The notes under the pieces are model-generated. The model made no database searches. It worked only from the letters and a program-made list of their open reading frames with translations, and was not told the DNA's origin. Below, piece by piece: positions 1-12,729 of a stretch of 64,000 nucleotides of DNA. Positions within the stretch are counted from its first letter, which is position 1, and the number at the start of each line of letters is the position of its first letter. The DNA lies in the NCBI RefSeq assembly GCF_006345805.1, contig NC_043011.1, positions 57,920,464-57,984,463 of the forward strand. Direction: 5' to 3'. A program made the position numbers and the translations under genes. Source of the DNA: Octopus sinensis. Taxonomy: Eukaryota.

Positions 1-129
1 GATGCAAGTATGTACATATACGTATGTATATATGCATATATACTATTTATATTATTATATATATATTTGTGTATGTGTGTGTGTGTGTGTGTGAGTGTGT
101 GTGCATAAATAAACACGCACACACATAGA

Positions 130-353
130 TATGTTCTGAATTTCTATTCTTATACTGCTGTTGTCAGTCCAGTGTACGACGGATAAGTCTTGCGCCGGAG
201 CATCAAAATAATATCGGTTAAAATTAATCTGAAATGAAATATTATTTCTATTTGTACGATTGAAATCAAACCACAGAGACATTGACATATCTCCCTGGGT
301 GTCATATACGCCACTTTTCACCGACTCTTCTGTCGCTGGAAGTTTAACGCAGC
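130..353 (-). other. Candidate internal coding exon, unidentified extracellular-like protein (GCVKLPATEESVKSGVYDTQGDMSMSLWFDFNRTNRNNISFQINFNRYYFDAPAQDLSVVHWTDNSSIRIEIQNIS)
   Basis: About 75 non-repetitive open codons start right after the acceptor-like ttaaatttgcttcaag|G; four N-X-S/T sequons; donor uncertain; no family recognised. Confidence 0.3.
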
Positions 354-505
354 CTTGAAGCAAATTTAATTAAAGGCAATAATCAAATCAGTTAAATAAT
401 AGAGGATATTTTACTTTGCTGCTCCGTGCAACACTGGAATCACGCAACCATTATTGGGTATTGGCGGAAATTTCCCAAAGACAATACAAGGCAGCAAGAA
501 GACAT

Positions 506-550
<45 letters not shown>

Positions 551-593
551 CTTATTTGTATCAAACAGCAAAAGTTTTACTTTCTTCATCGTC

Positions 594-1150
594 ATGACCA
601 CCACCACCACCACCACCATCACCACCACCACTACACAACAGCGACAACCACGACCATCATCAACACCACCCCACCACCACCAAACCACCACCACTAACAC
701 CAAACCGCCACCAAAGTGGTGGTGGTTTGGTGGTAGTGGTGGTGGTTTGGTGGTGGTGGTGGTGGTTTGGTGTTAGTGGTGGTGGTTTGGTGGTAGTGGT
801 GGTGGTTTGGTGTTAGTGGTGGTGGTTTGGTGGTGGTGGTGGTGGTTTGGTGTTAGTGGTGGTGGTTTGATGGTAGTGGTGGTGGTTTGGTGGTGGTTTG
901 GTGTTAGTGGTGGTGGTTTGGTGGTAGTGGTACCACCACCACTACCACCAAACCACCACCACCACCACTACACCAAACCACCACCACTAACACCAAACCA
1001 CCACCACCACCACCACCATCACCACCACCACTACACAACAGCGACAACCACGACCATCATCAACACCACTCTGAGCTCTGGGACGAAGACCGCTTCGCTC
1101 AACAGCAACAGCAACACCACCAGCGCCATCATCATCATCATTATGATTAT
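594..1150. repeat. (CCA/ACC)n-(GGT)n-(CCA)n low-complexity foldback block
   Basis: The GGT-rich block (~716-931) is the reverse complement of the flanking CAC-rich blocks; the motif ccactacacaacagcgacaaccacgaccatcatcaacacca occurs at ~625-668 and ~1028-1068. Confidence 0.85.
1072..1120 (+). mobile_element. 3' tail fragment of the SINE family C variant
   Basis: gagctctgggacgaagaccgcttcgctcaacagcaacagc is the reverse complement of the tail at ~12745-12784. Confidence 0.7.
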
Positions 1151-1210
1151 CATCATTATCACAACTACATGAAGCAGGAGTCTTCTGAGCATCACCACCA
1201 CCGTCAACAT

Positions 1211-1520
1211 GGGTAAAGACCCCCTTCGGTCATGAGTGACCATGGGATTGCACCTAGAAAGTTACCCTCCTAGACACAAGTCCGGGCGAGGTTGTTTATG
1301 GAAGACCAGCAGTCGCCCATGCATACCAGTGTTATCCAAGGGAAAGACAAAGGGGCCGATATAGCTTGGCACCAGTGACATCGCAACTCATTTCTACAGC
1401 TGAGTGAACTGGAGCAACGTGAAATAAAATGCCTTGCTCAAGGACACAACACGCAGCCCGGTCCGGGATTCGAGCTCACAACCTCACGATCGTAAGCTCG
1501 ACGCTCTAACCACTGAGCCA
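1211..1520 (-). mobile_element. tRNA-derived SINE (family D), apparently full length
   Basis: Minus strand starts TGGCTCAGTGGTTAGAGCG (A box) ... GAGCTCGAATCCCGG (B box), then gttgtgtccttgagcaaggca core-like body. Confidence 0.85.
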
Positions 1521-2396
1521 TGATGAATATCATAATCCCCATCATCACCTCCTGCATTACCATCATCATCATCATCATTAACATAATCACAGCAACAAAG
1601 GCCGCCACCACCGCGACTACGAATTATCGCTTACTCACCCCCACCACAACCACTACTGCTATTTGTAGCTCCCTTAACACTAGTCATTACTTCTTTTGGG
1701 GAGGTCCTCTCACTACCACCATTAACACTATCACCATAACCATCATCATCATCATCATCATCACCATCATCAGCCACAAAAACCGCTACGAATGGTCACA
1801 CTTCCACTCCCTCCTCCATTACTGGCGTTACTTATTTCTAGTCGTGGCTGTATCTCGGCAACCATTTGTTGCGTGGCACATCCAGCATCGCTACCACCCT
1901 TAACCATCCACACTTCCGGTTACTGCACATCCACCGTCACCACCACCTTTTCGCCTCTGCCGCCGCCGCCGCCGCAGTCCCTTCCACCGCTGCCATCATT
2001 GTCTTCACAAGAACGGCCATCACACCACCACCACCACCACCACCACTACAGCCGTTTCTACTACGATAAGCGCCATCAATACAACACAGATACATGACTT
2101 AGGGATAGATAATAAGAGAAGAGATCATTTATAGTCGCAGCTAATTTCCCGCATTAAACCTTAAACTACCTATGAATGGTAATTTAATTTATAGATTAAA
2201 TGTACGACCAAAGTCATAGTATGGCAAACTATATTAACAAAAGAGAACGTAAGTACAAAGAAATCTATACATAACATATATTTATATAACAAACCGGTTT
2301 CACACTTTAAAGGTATTCAATATTTTCAGCGTTTCGAATAGATTTACGTAAGAAAGAGGAATGAAGATGTAAAGAACAACTGGGCGACTACTGCAT

Positions 2397-2932
2397 GCAG
2401 AGATGGAGTAGTCACCATAGATGAACTTTAATTTTATTTGAAACTAAACTAGTATGGTTATCTCGCTCGCTGTGGGGCTGTTATCTCCCCTGTCTGTGCA
2501 TAGACATGTGCTTTCGCAGCTCTAAGGGTTTATAACTCTTAATTCTAGCAATTAGTGATAATTGAGTTTTTTCCTTTTGGTTTTATATAGTGTATAGTCA
2601 CCTTCGTTATTTTATAATTTTCACATTATCATTTTGCTGAATTAGCCACTGATTCATATGGTGAAGTCATGAATTAACCAAAATAACCAGCGATAGAGTA
2701 GTCACCACTAAGGAGCTTATTAGGATTGAAACTACACTAGTACAGTGATATCGCTCGTTGTGGGGTGGTTATTTCCCCTGTCAGTGCATATACATCTGCC
2801 TCTTTGCATCTCCAAGTGTTTTTTTAACTTTTATATTTAGCAACGTAGGTGCTACCTGCAGCGTCAGTTACAATTAGTGACAACTGAATATTTACTTTTT
2901 CGTTTTATATGGTGTATATCCACTTTCCTTAT
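2397..2932. repeat. Diverged tandem duplication, period about 290 bp
   Basis: gagtagtcacca at 2406 and 2696; both units continue with tcgctcg(c/t)tgtgggg...tcccctgtc(t/a)gtgcata...caattagtga...ttttatat(a/g)gtgtata. Confidence 0.75.
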
Positions 2933-4506
2933 CTATCAAAGTCATTGCTTAGGGTGTCACAGAAACATACGAAAATCCCCCTTATCTAAAATATATTCTA
3001 CCGAGTTTTCAAGACCTATAAAATTACTTGTTTCCAAATGAAATATTTGTAGCGCGTTGAGGTGGAAAAAATCTTCCTTCATACATTTATGAATACTTTT
3101 GACGGTTATCTGTACGCCAGTCTACATACAATTTTCCAATTAGATGCCGGATGAAATGTAATATTGTATAAGTTTGGAAAATCTAACTGACGATAACATC
3201 TGGTTAATATTTGTATTATTGCTGTTCGTCCTTTTCAAGACTAAATTGCAAAGAACTCCGAAATTATTTAAGTTAACTGCATTACCTGATGGAAAATATT
3301 TCGATATAAGATTGTATGATTATATAAATTGGTGCGTGACTATAGACACTGCCCGTATGTATGTAAGTTACAAATGCTAGATGTAGATGAGCGATTGTGA
3401 GGAATTTTCTCTGTGAGGCAGCTAGTATTCTAATGAAACAAAACTGTTAAATTTAGTCGTAAATTTTATTTAGCTTATTAATTTCAATCATAAAATATTT
3501 TTAACAGAGGCCATAACACTGAATCAAATCATTACCCGGCTTCACCATTGTTCGTCAATTGTTTCTCTCGTTCTATTGATGCACAAATAAAATTTATTTA
3601 TCATAAATAAAACTGCCGGCATTTTTGACGACACAAGTATGCTAATGATAAAATGACCACTATGTAAATGTAGCTGAATGCAAAGTGCTTTACTCACCAA
3701 TACCAAGCGTTGGCCAACATTGTATTCTGAATCTTGAGTGCCCCTCGCCAGACGGAGACTGCACCGTTGCACCGATTTCTTCTCTCTCAGAAGGTCAGCC
3801 TTCAGTAATTCGTTTCATGTATATGTTCCATTTTCGGTCTTTTATGCGACCATCGATAACAGGCGAACGTACGCAACGTTAATTGCGTGAATGTGGCCGA
3901 TCCTGAAGAATCTTTAAAGGACATGGATACGTCCCTTTTTCTAAAATAACCCAATACATTAAAAGCAACAACAACGACGACAACGACGACGACAACAGCA
4001 AAACCAGTTGTTTAATCAATGAATCACTTGGGAACGTGATCACGTACTTGCTCGTAATGCTATCATTAGTCCAGTGATGTTTTTTCTAGTTCGGTTTTTC
4101 ATAGCCACCTGCATTATGTATGTTAACACAAACTTAATGAGTTCCATACGAACAGCGTCTCTGAAATATTACTTCAACTAATCTCCAACAAAGCAAACAC
4201 CGCTTGATTTGTTGTTATGTGTCATGTGAATTAACTCAACAAGACGAACAAATTATAAATTAACAACTAAGAGCGAATTCTGTTTTTTTTTTTTTTTTTT
4301 TTTTGAAAGAATAGAAACGATATTAAAAATCATGTCCATATAATCACTAATTCGGCTGAAATAAAAAAGTGCCGAAGCAAAACATCACGAGATGAATCGC
4401 ATCGGAGGAAGAAAGGAGGAAACAGATGACTGTGGTGTAATTAGTATTGTGTTGCCAGCGGCCAACGCAAAGGATTCGTTCACTGAAACTCGTTAGTGAG
4501 GTTGAT

Positions 4507-4603
4507 TTTCTTTTACAGGCTCAACATATTGGCTTCATGGATAGAATGTATCTGGTACAAACACACATATATACATACATACACACACATATATGTATAT
4601 ACA

Positions 4604-4666
<63 letters not shown>

Positions 4667-4841
4667 CTATACGTATGTGTATATATATATACGTATATAT
4701 ATATATATATGTATATATATATGTATATATATGTGCATATATATGTATATACATATACATACGTACGCATACGTATAGGTATATATATATGTATATGTGT
4801 GTATATGTATATATATATATTTATATATATATATGTATATA

Positions 4842-4912
<71 letters not shown>

Positions 4913-5251
4913 TATATATGTATATTGTTATATTTCGGAATGGTCATATTGCCAGTTTAGCCAATAAAAACACACGCACTATATATTTGGTGTTATTTTG
5001 CTTCAGTGATATTTATTTTTTACATTAATCTTAATCTTATTTCGGCCAAAGTTCTTTCGTCACACTCCTGTGACCGCATCAGTGGTCCTTTGTTTTCTTC
5101 TCACTTACTTGTGTCTCTCCTTACTAACCGTCAGCCATTTTGTATTTCTTTTACAGGCTCAACATATTGGCTTCATGGATAGAATGTATCTGGTACAAAC
5201 ACACATATATACATACATACACACACATATATGTATATACACTCACACACA

Positions 5252-5301
<50 letters not shown>

Positions 5302-5527
5302 GTATACAAAATGGCTGACGGTTAGTAAGGAGAGACACAAGTAAGTGAGAAGAAAACAAAGGACCACTGATGCGGTCACAGGAGTGTGACGAAAGAACTT
5401 TGGCCGAAATAAGATTAAGATTAATGTAAAAAATAAATATCACTGAAGCAAAATAACACCAAATATATAGTGCGTGTGTTTTTATTGGCTAAACTGGCAA
5501 TATGACCATTCCGAAATATAACAATAT
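4507..5527. repeat. Complex rearrangement: A (4507-~4660) ... B (4922-5145), A' (5145-~5300), inverted B (5304-5527)
   Basis: 224-bp inverted repeat, perfect as read by eye; its spacer is a direct copy of tttcttttacaggctcaacatattggc...(CA)n found about 640 bp upstream. Confidence 0.9.
5361..5405 (+). ncRNA. Degenerate type I hammerhead-like motif (mirror copy at 5044-5088, minus strand)
   Basis: GGACCA CUGAUGC G GUCAC aggagu GUGAC GAAAG aa CUU UGGCC; A9 is replaced by C and the cleavage triplet would be CUU. Confidence 0.45.
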
Positions 5528-5622
5528 CTGTTTCAACACACGACTTCACATAAAAAATCTTGCACAACAAATATTTAAACGTATATATGTAATATATATA
5601 TTATATTGTATATATATATATG

Positions 5623-5678
<56 letters not shown>

Positions 5679-5700
5679 TATATATATGTATATATATATG

Positions 5701-5733
<33 letters not shown>

Positions 5734-5743
5734 GTATATATAG

Positions 5744-5802
<59 letters not shown>

Positions 5803-5812
5803 ACGTATGTTG

Positions 5813-6428
<616 letters not shown>

Positions 6429-6613
6429 TATATATATATATAAAGCTCTTAGCTCTAGACTATACATGCTTATATACACATACGAATAAACACACACACA
6501 CATGCACATGCACACACATACGCACACGCATACATACACTTACGCGCGCGCACACACACATATAAGAAAATGAGATGACAAATGTGTACAAAGCTTATCT
6601 TATGAACCTCATT

Positions 6614-6689
6614 AGCTTACAGCTGTTTCCGCTGTAGTAAGGAACCACAGTTGAGTGCCTGAGTAACAAACCATAGCTTCATCGGAGCT
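6614..6689 (-). ncRNA. Type I hammerhead-like motif, PLE style
   Basis: AGCU CCGAUGA AGCU...AGCG GAAAC AGCU GUA AGCU; palindromic stem III ACAGCUGU; U4 is replaced by C; an inverted partial copy gaaacagctttaagctaat lies at 6756-6774. Confidence 0.6.
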
Positions 6690-7265
6690 TCGAATACGCA
6701 GTGTTATAAGGTGTTTACTCAGGAACTCAAATATCATCCGCTGTACCTTGGAACAGAAACAGCTTTAAGCTAATAATGTTTATAAAATAATGGTTTATTC
6801 CTTTCCGATGTCATTTTCTTGTTATCGCTCTGTATATCACTGCATATCATTCAAGCCTTCTGCCAAGGAAGTAAAGCCTCAGTTCCTTCAGCCTCTCACA
6901 GCAGCTTTTCTATTGCATCCATTCAATCTACCTCGTGTTGTGGCGCAAGATTGCCTCAAGATCCCGAGACTTCCTCGTGATGAAGAGCATTCAAAGGCTT
7001 TGGTCTTATTGGCGGAGATATATGACATGCGATGGAGGACTTACCGAATTAAAAGATATTCCTGGAGTACATCAAAGTCGCAGCTACGATCATTGCATTG
7101 TTCAATCAAATGGAGCCGCTTGAAACGGTCGTACTGCATTACTACTTGATATCCTGTTGCTTATTTTGATTTTATTCCCTTGCTTCGAGGTGTGCGGATA
7201 ATACCAAACTGAATAGGTGCTCCAACTTAAGTACCTAATTCGACTGAAAATTATATATATATATA

Positions 7266-7665
7266 GGCGCAGGGGTGGCTGTGTGGTAAGTATCTTGCTA
7301 ACCAACCACATGGTTCCGGGTTCAGTCCCACTGCGCGGCATCTTAGGCAAGTGTCTTCTGCTATAGCCCCGGGCCGACCAATGCCTTGTGAGTGGATTTG
7401 GTAGACGGAAACTGAAAGAAGCCTGTCGTATATATGTATATATATATATGTATGTGTGTGTGTGTTTGTGTGTCTGTGTTCGTCCCTCTAGCATTGCTTG
7501 ACAACCGATGCTGCTGTGTTTACGTCCCTGTCACTCAGCGGTTCGGCAAAAGAGACCGATAGAATAAGTACTGGGCTCACAAAGAATAAGTCCCGAGGTC
7601 GAGTTGCTCGACTAAAGGCGGTGCTCCAGCATGGCCACAGTCACGTGACTGAAACAAGTAAAAAA
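7266..7665 (+). mobile_element. tRNA-derived SINE (family A), full length
   Basis: ggcgcaggggTGGCTGTGTGGtaag...GGTTCAGTCCc (A and B boxes), cttaggcaagtgtcttc body, internal (TA)/(TG) tract, tail gactgaaacaagtaaaa. Confidence 0.92.
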
Positions 7666-8321
7666 ATTTTATATATATATATATATACATATATATAAGT
7701 CCTTGGTTTCATTCTCACTTTCTTAATGTTTAAAAACCAAAACCTTTTAGTTAAGTTTCTTACTGAGTACCTGCAATAATTTCACATCTTTCCCTAGATT
7801 TTTATTGATGTAACTAGTTTTCGTATTTTCTTTTGCTAAGCGAAACTGGTTGACATGCAATGTAAAGTAATGTATTTTATCTCAATCAAACAGCACAGTC
7901 CCGCAGTTTCCCTCTAGCGATGGATTTGTTATTGAAGCCGAGAGAATCACAACTCGTTTAGACAAAGTTTAAGAAGCTGAGTATTTAATCTTAAAATTTT
8001 CAACTTTATTTCTTACACAAAATATATTAAAGTTCTTATTTCTTGTTGTTGGTAGCCGCGTATATAGTATTGCTTTATCCCTCTTTCAAATCGTCAGTGC
8101 AGTAAACCTCCAGACGCAAATAAATGTCTATGATTCCTTGGTTATCCTTTTTGGATGCTCGCCTATTTCAAGAGGACAACGTCCTCCATCCATTCTCATA
8201 TCCCGTATTCTTCGTAATACTTGTTATCTCACCTTCCTTTCTCCCCTTTTTCGACTCATCTTCTACATAAATTGTAACGTAGCTTTCAACAGATGCTCTC
8301 TAGCAAATAAAAGAAATCGGT

Positions 8322-8665
8322 ATCGTCATCATCATCATCATCATAATCATCATCGTCATCACCGTCATCGTCATCATCATCATCATCATCATCGTCGTCG
8401 TCATCATCATCCTCATCATCATCATCACCACCATCACCACCACCACCAACACCATCACCACCATCACCATCATCATCGTCGTCGTCATCGTCGTTGTCGT
8501 CGTCATCATCATCTTCATCATAATCATCATGATCATCGTCATCATCATCATCATCATCGTCGTCGTCGTCGTCGTCGTCATCATCCTCATCATCATCCCC
8601 ATCACCACCACCACCATCATCATCGTCGTCGGCGTCGTCATCATCATCATCATCATAATCATCTT
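8322..8665. repeat. (CAT/CGT/CAC)n trinucleotide low-complexity tract
   Basis: Direct inspection; it produces the His-rich and Met-rich ORFs. Confidence 0.9.
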
Positions 8666-10380
8666 GTTATTGATGTAATTATTATTATCATTGCTGTTTA
8701 TTTTTTTTGTCAGCTATCATCATTATAACTTTTATTTATATAAAATCTTAGAAATCTTCCACATCACTCTATTGCGTTGCAAAAGAATGCAGCATATTTT
8801 AGTAAACATATCTTTTAAAGACTAAAGTTAACCAATAATAAAACGAAAAAAAAAAAAACACAGCAAAGATTTATCAGATTTGCAATTATCTTAAATTATT
8901 CGTATTGTTCATTTGTAAATAGAAGATAGGTATTATTGAAGTCCGATTACAAAAGGGAATAAGAAACTTATATCGAACATGTGATTATAGTTTTATAATT
9001 CAATACTTCTGTGTCTGTCTATGTGATCTCTTGTTTATTTCGCGATCATATTATCCTCAATGTACAGTGCAATGTCAATTAACGATTTGTTAACTTCGTT
9101 ATCTATATAATGTGGTTTTCTTTTGATCAAACTTCAGACGCTCTATTGTTTCTGTCAAATGCATCACTATTATATAAAATATTATATTTCGATTATTATT
9201 TTTATTATCGTTGTTTATTATTGTTGTTGTTTTTGTTGTTGTTGTTATCGTTGCTGGAGCTAACGTATGATCAAATGTGATCAAATATCTTCCAGTCATG
9301 TCTAGCCGGTCTGATTTCTATGAGTTGGAATTTATGGGGGGAAATGAATATCGGTGACGCTTTGCCCCACGCACAATCTGCAGAAGTAAATTTTAAATAT
9401 TGCAAACTATTCCTTTCATGGTAACTGAAGATTTCGCAACGTTGGAAGTCATTATGTCTTCAGCGAATATCCCAGCGCCACAAGAGTTTCGAACCTCAAC
9501 CGCTCCATTTCTCCTGAAAAACCTTTTCGCCTACAGAAGATTTCCAACTGCAGACCCATGTCATTGACAAGCAACTGAACGGATTTCCCTCTCACGACTA
9601 AATTAATGCTGACCTTTTCGGTTGTTTTTTGAAACAACCGAGACTTAGTTTGGAAGACCTTCTCGGCCTTCCAAACCAATTTTCTTTCGGAAATAGAGCA
9701 GGGTTGTTGATGAGAAACCACGGCATTCGTCTTCGATGAGTAATGAGGCCCTGTGTCACGTTTGACAAAGAACCTCATCAACACGTTATATTGACGTGTA
9801 AACTCTTCTGTTTTTCTTTCATCTTCAGTTTCTTTTTAATGTCTATATCTCGTTCGTTCTTTGTCCCGGTCTTTCACAAAGCCATATATAGCATGGCAGG
9901 GAGGGAACATACAACAATAATGTTGAATTACTGCCATAAGTAAGTTGCACAATGTAGCCATTTAACTTTATATGATGAAAATATGGTTCCTCCATTGACG
10001 TTAGTTGGTCAAGTGTTTTTGGTAGCGAAAATATCTCGAGGCTGAAAGAGAAATCAAAGAAATGAAACATCAAAATGAGAGAAATTGCAAATAAAAAGAA
10101 AGTGGATAAAAACAGGAAAATAGATTTGTCAAACATTTAGGAGGATACAAGAAAGAAAATAGAATAAAAATGTGAAAACACAGAAATAAAGTACAGAGAA
10201 TGAGAGAAAATTACAGAAATAAAATATCATGAACGCCAAAAAAGGCAATGAAATAAAATTAAATATAAATAAATATAGAGAAAAAAAGAACACGATAGAT
10301 TGAATAGGACTAATATAATATGGTCAAAACCCGTCTTCCAGAGAAAATGTGCTGCAAAAAGTATTGACGATTGCATCTAG

Positions 10381-10674
10381 TTACCATCTTAATCGTGATG
10401 ATGTAGGCGAGAAATAGTCTTCTTGAAGTGTGCGGGAAAAAAACAGTGACAAGTGTGGAGCTAGAATATCGGGCAAGGAATCAGTAAGCATATGCTGTTC
10501 TAATGGTAATCTTTTATTGGGATACCAAACATTTACAATGAACTTTTGGGCACCAACGTAAAATCTAGACACTTTCTGAAAAAAGTCTTTCGAGTATACC
10601 GTTGTAACTTTTCGAATGATATTATTCCGAGCAAATTGTATTAGTGAAAGTGGTTCTAAGCCAATTATTAAAGG
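10381..10674 (-). other. 97-codon open frame, possible exon or old coding remnant (…KVSRFYVGAQKFIVNVWYPNKRLPLEQHMLTDSLPDILAPHLSLFF…)
   Basis: Non-repetitive stop-free frame in AT-rich DNA; acceptor-like ttttttcag and donor-like ATG|GTAACT at 10385/10384; no family recognised. Confidence 0.25.
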
Positions 10675-11538
10675 TCAGGGAGAAATTTATCACAAAATTT
10701 TTTCTCATTAGTTTTCACGTAATACAGATTTGAATTTTTACAGAGACATTTTCTAAATGACGTTTCCAAAAAGACGAAAAGGGACATAATAATTCCCTAC
10801 TGAAGTAAAAGTATAAAATCTATTTTAAAATTGCAAGCATTGCTTTCTGAAAATAACTGCCAAGCTGAATGCCTTCGGTATATTGTGTAATGCATTTCAA
10901 CTGCGGTCTTTCTTCCACAAGTACAACACAACGATATAATTTAATTGCATTTTAGAAGATTTACAAGTAATAAATCTATCGCATCTGTTCCTTTATGTCT
11001 AGAGATTGCAGAGACTGTTAACTATATGATCGCCTTCAGTTCTTCTGTTCTTTGGAACACCCTGGGATTTCACTGCCCCAATGTCTATTATAAGTAGAAG
11101 CCATTAGCATACAATTATGCTATTTTGATCGACATTGGCTGTGATGATATTAAACTAATGTCAAAAATATGAATTCATCTTTTCAAGGCAGGATTGTGTC
11201 TAATTCTTTGGGGTGAGATGCCTTTCTATCTGAAATGTATTTGATAGCATTTGATGCAATAAAACTCAGATTTTCTGAGACCATAAATAAATCAACCTTC
11301 ATTATTTAAATCTGGAAGAACCTTCCTTCCAACATGGACGAATTTAAATTTCGTCTAAAATTGGAAACCTCGTTCTCTATGTATTTAACATTATTTAGAT
11401 ACCTGAAACGATATCTACTGGGTAATTCAGAATGTACACTGAATCGTAAACAAACGTAATAAGATACATAAGAGGTAGCATAGTAACAACAATGGAAAAT
11501 ATACATAAATATGTATATAGCAGGGCAAAAATAAAGTG

Positions 11539-11773
11539 CAATAATCCCTCGCCATATCCCGGTTCACATATCGCGGTTCACCTACCGCGGTTTATTATTT
11601 AAGCTTAGTTGATTCCTCTGTTGTGTTGTTTTGCATTTATAATAAATAAATATATATAAATTATGAAAATAGTAAAAAAAATACACGGTATAGTACTATT
11701 TCTACTTCGCAGATTTCCACCTATCGCAGGTGGGCTTTGGAAGGTAACATCCGCGATAGTCGAGGGTATACTA
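11539..11773. mobile_element. pogo/Tigger-like MITE (Tc1/mariner superfamily), diverged
   Basis: Left end caataatccctcgccatatcccgg and right end ccgcgatagtcgagggtatacta form imperfect TIRs of the CAGT..CCCTCG type; about 235 bp, no ORF. Confidence 0.6.
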
Positions 11774-12129
11774 TAACTCGGCTAAAAACCTCTCACTGTT
11801 CGCGATATTACTGGAAATGTGTTTCAGTTGTGTAATTCATTAAACTTTCTGAAATTATTTCTCATAGACGTATTAGAAATAGATAGAAGGTTCTTTTAAC
11901 AATTACAATAAAACCGATATAACACGATAAAATAGATGTCATACCAGCAGCCATATTTCTTTCCCTGTATATTGTGATATTATGAACTTGGTGGCTTTTC
12001 ATTTGCCAATCGTTCTGGCAGATTTTTCCACATCAGTAAGATTTCTGCTACAATACCGTCTGCGGATTTACAATTCATACGTAGATATAATATTACCAAA
12101 CAACAACGACAATACATTAATATCCAAAG

Positions 12130-12560
12130 TAAACATTTTTTAATCTAGAGCTGTTCTCAGTCGGTCTCACGATGTGATTTCCAGATTAACAATTACACGC
12201 TTCGCTAGGTAGACAAGTTTATATTCATATGTTCATGCTTGATTTCATGCAAATGGTTATATTCTTGAGTTTCTCGACGAATTCATACTGTGATATCCTT
12301 AAATTCCATCCTTAAATTCTTTTATTGATTTTCGCGTTCCTATAAAATATCATATTCTTATATTCTTCGCTGTGTTCACAGACAATGTTCTATTCCTTCT
12401 TTATATGCCATTTTCGTTTTGTTCATTGATTTATTATGATTATAGATGTCAAATTAAAGCTGAAGGTGAAATTAGTGTAGACGTCTGTGGCAAGATATGC
12501 ATTGTCTTTCGGTCATCAAAAGTGCAATGGAAGGGGAAAATGGATGTTGATATACTGAGA
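12130..12560 (+). repeat. Old local repeat family G, copy 1
   Basis: Shares gattaacaatt, gacaagtttatattc and ttcattgattt...atgtcaaattaa(a)agc with copies at 20.4, 22.8, 25.6 and 32.1 kb. Confidence 0.65.
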
Positions 12561-12729
12561 GAGATACAAAATAGAAGCCACGTGTCTAGAAATATGAGCC
12601 ACTGAGACGAGGAATTATGCGATCAACCTGTCTTCGTGAATCTGCAAATAAATATATCTCAGTCTACTCGTTATCGTCCCCCCACTCAAAAAAGGTTAAA
12701 ATAAAGTACATTTGTCTTATAACTGTTGG

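Noticed and set aside
3690-3905. Minus-strand segment bounded by ttcttcag and GTGAGT
   Set aside because: All three frames contain stops; at most a non-coding exon, unsupported
4520-4555. 36-nt plus-strand micro-exon after ttttcttttacag (duplicated at ~5157)
   Set aside because: Weak donor (GTACAA) and no partner exons
4447-5028. Tyr/Ile/His/Thr-rich ORFs here and at many other (TA)n, (CA)n and (ATGT)n tracts
   Set aside because: Microsatellite read-through
6790-7149. 119-aa ORF beside the 6.6-kb hammerhead as a GIY-YIG or transposase remnant
   Set aside because: No catalytic motif recognisable; needs a profile search
7266-7340. tRNA-like sequences at the heads of families A-E
   Set aside because: A and B boxes are present but they run into SINE bodies without a proper acceptor stem; not tRNA genes
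8138-8728. 196-aa His-rich ORF and the antisense Met-rich ORF
   Set aside because: Product of a (CAT/CGT)n tract; open in several frames, no unique coding sequence
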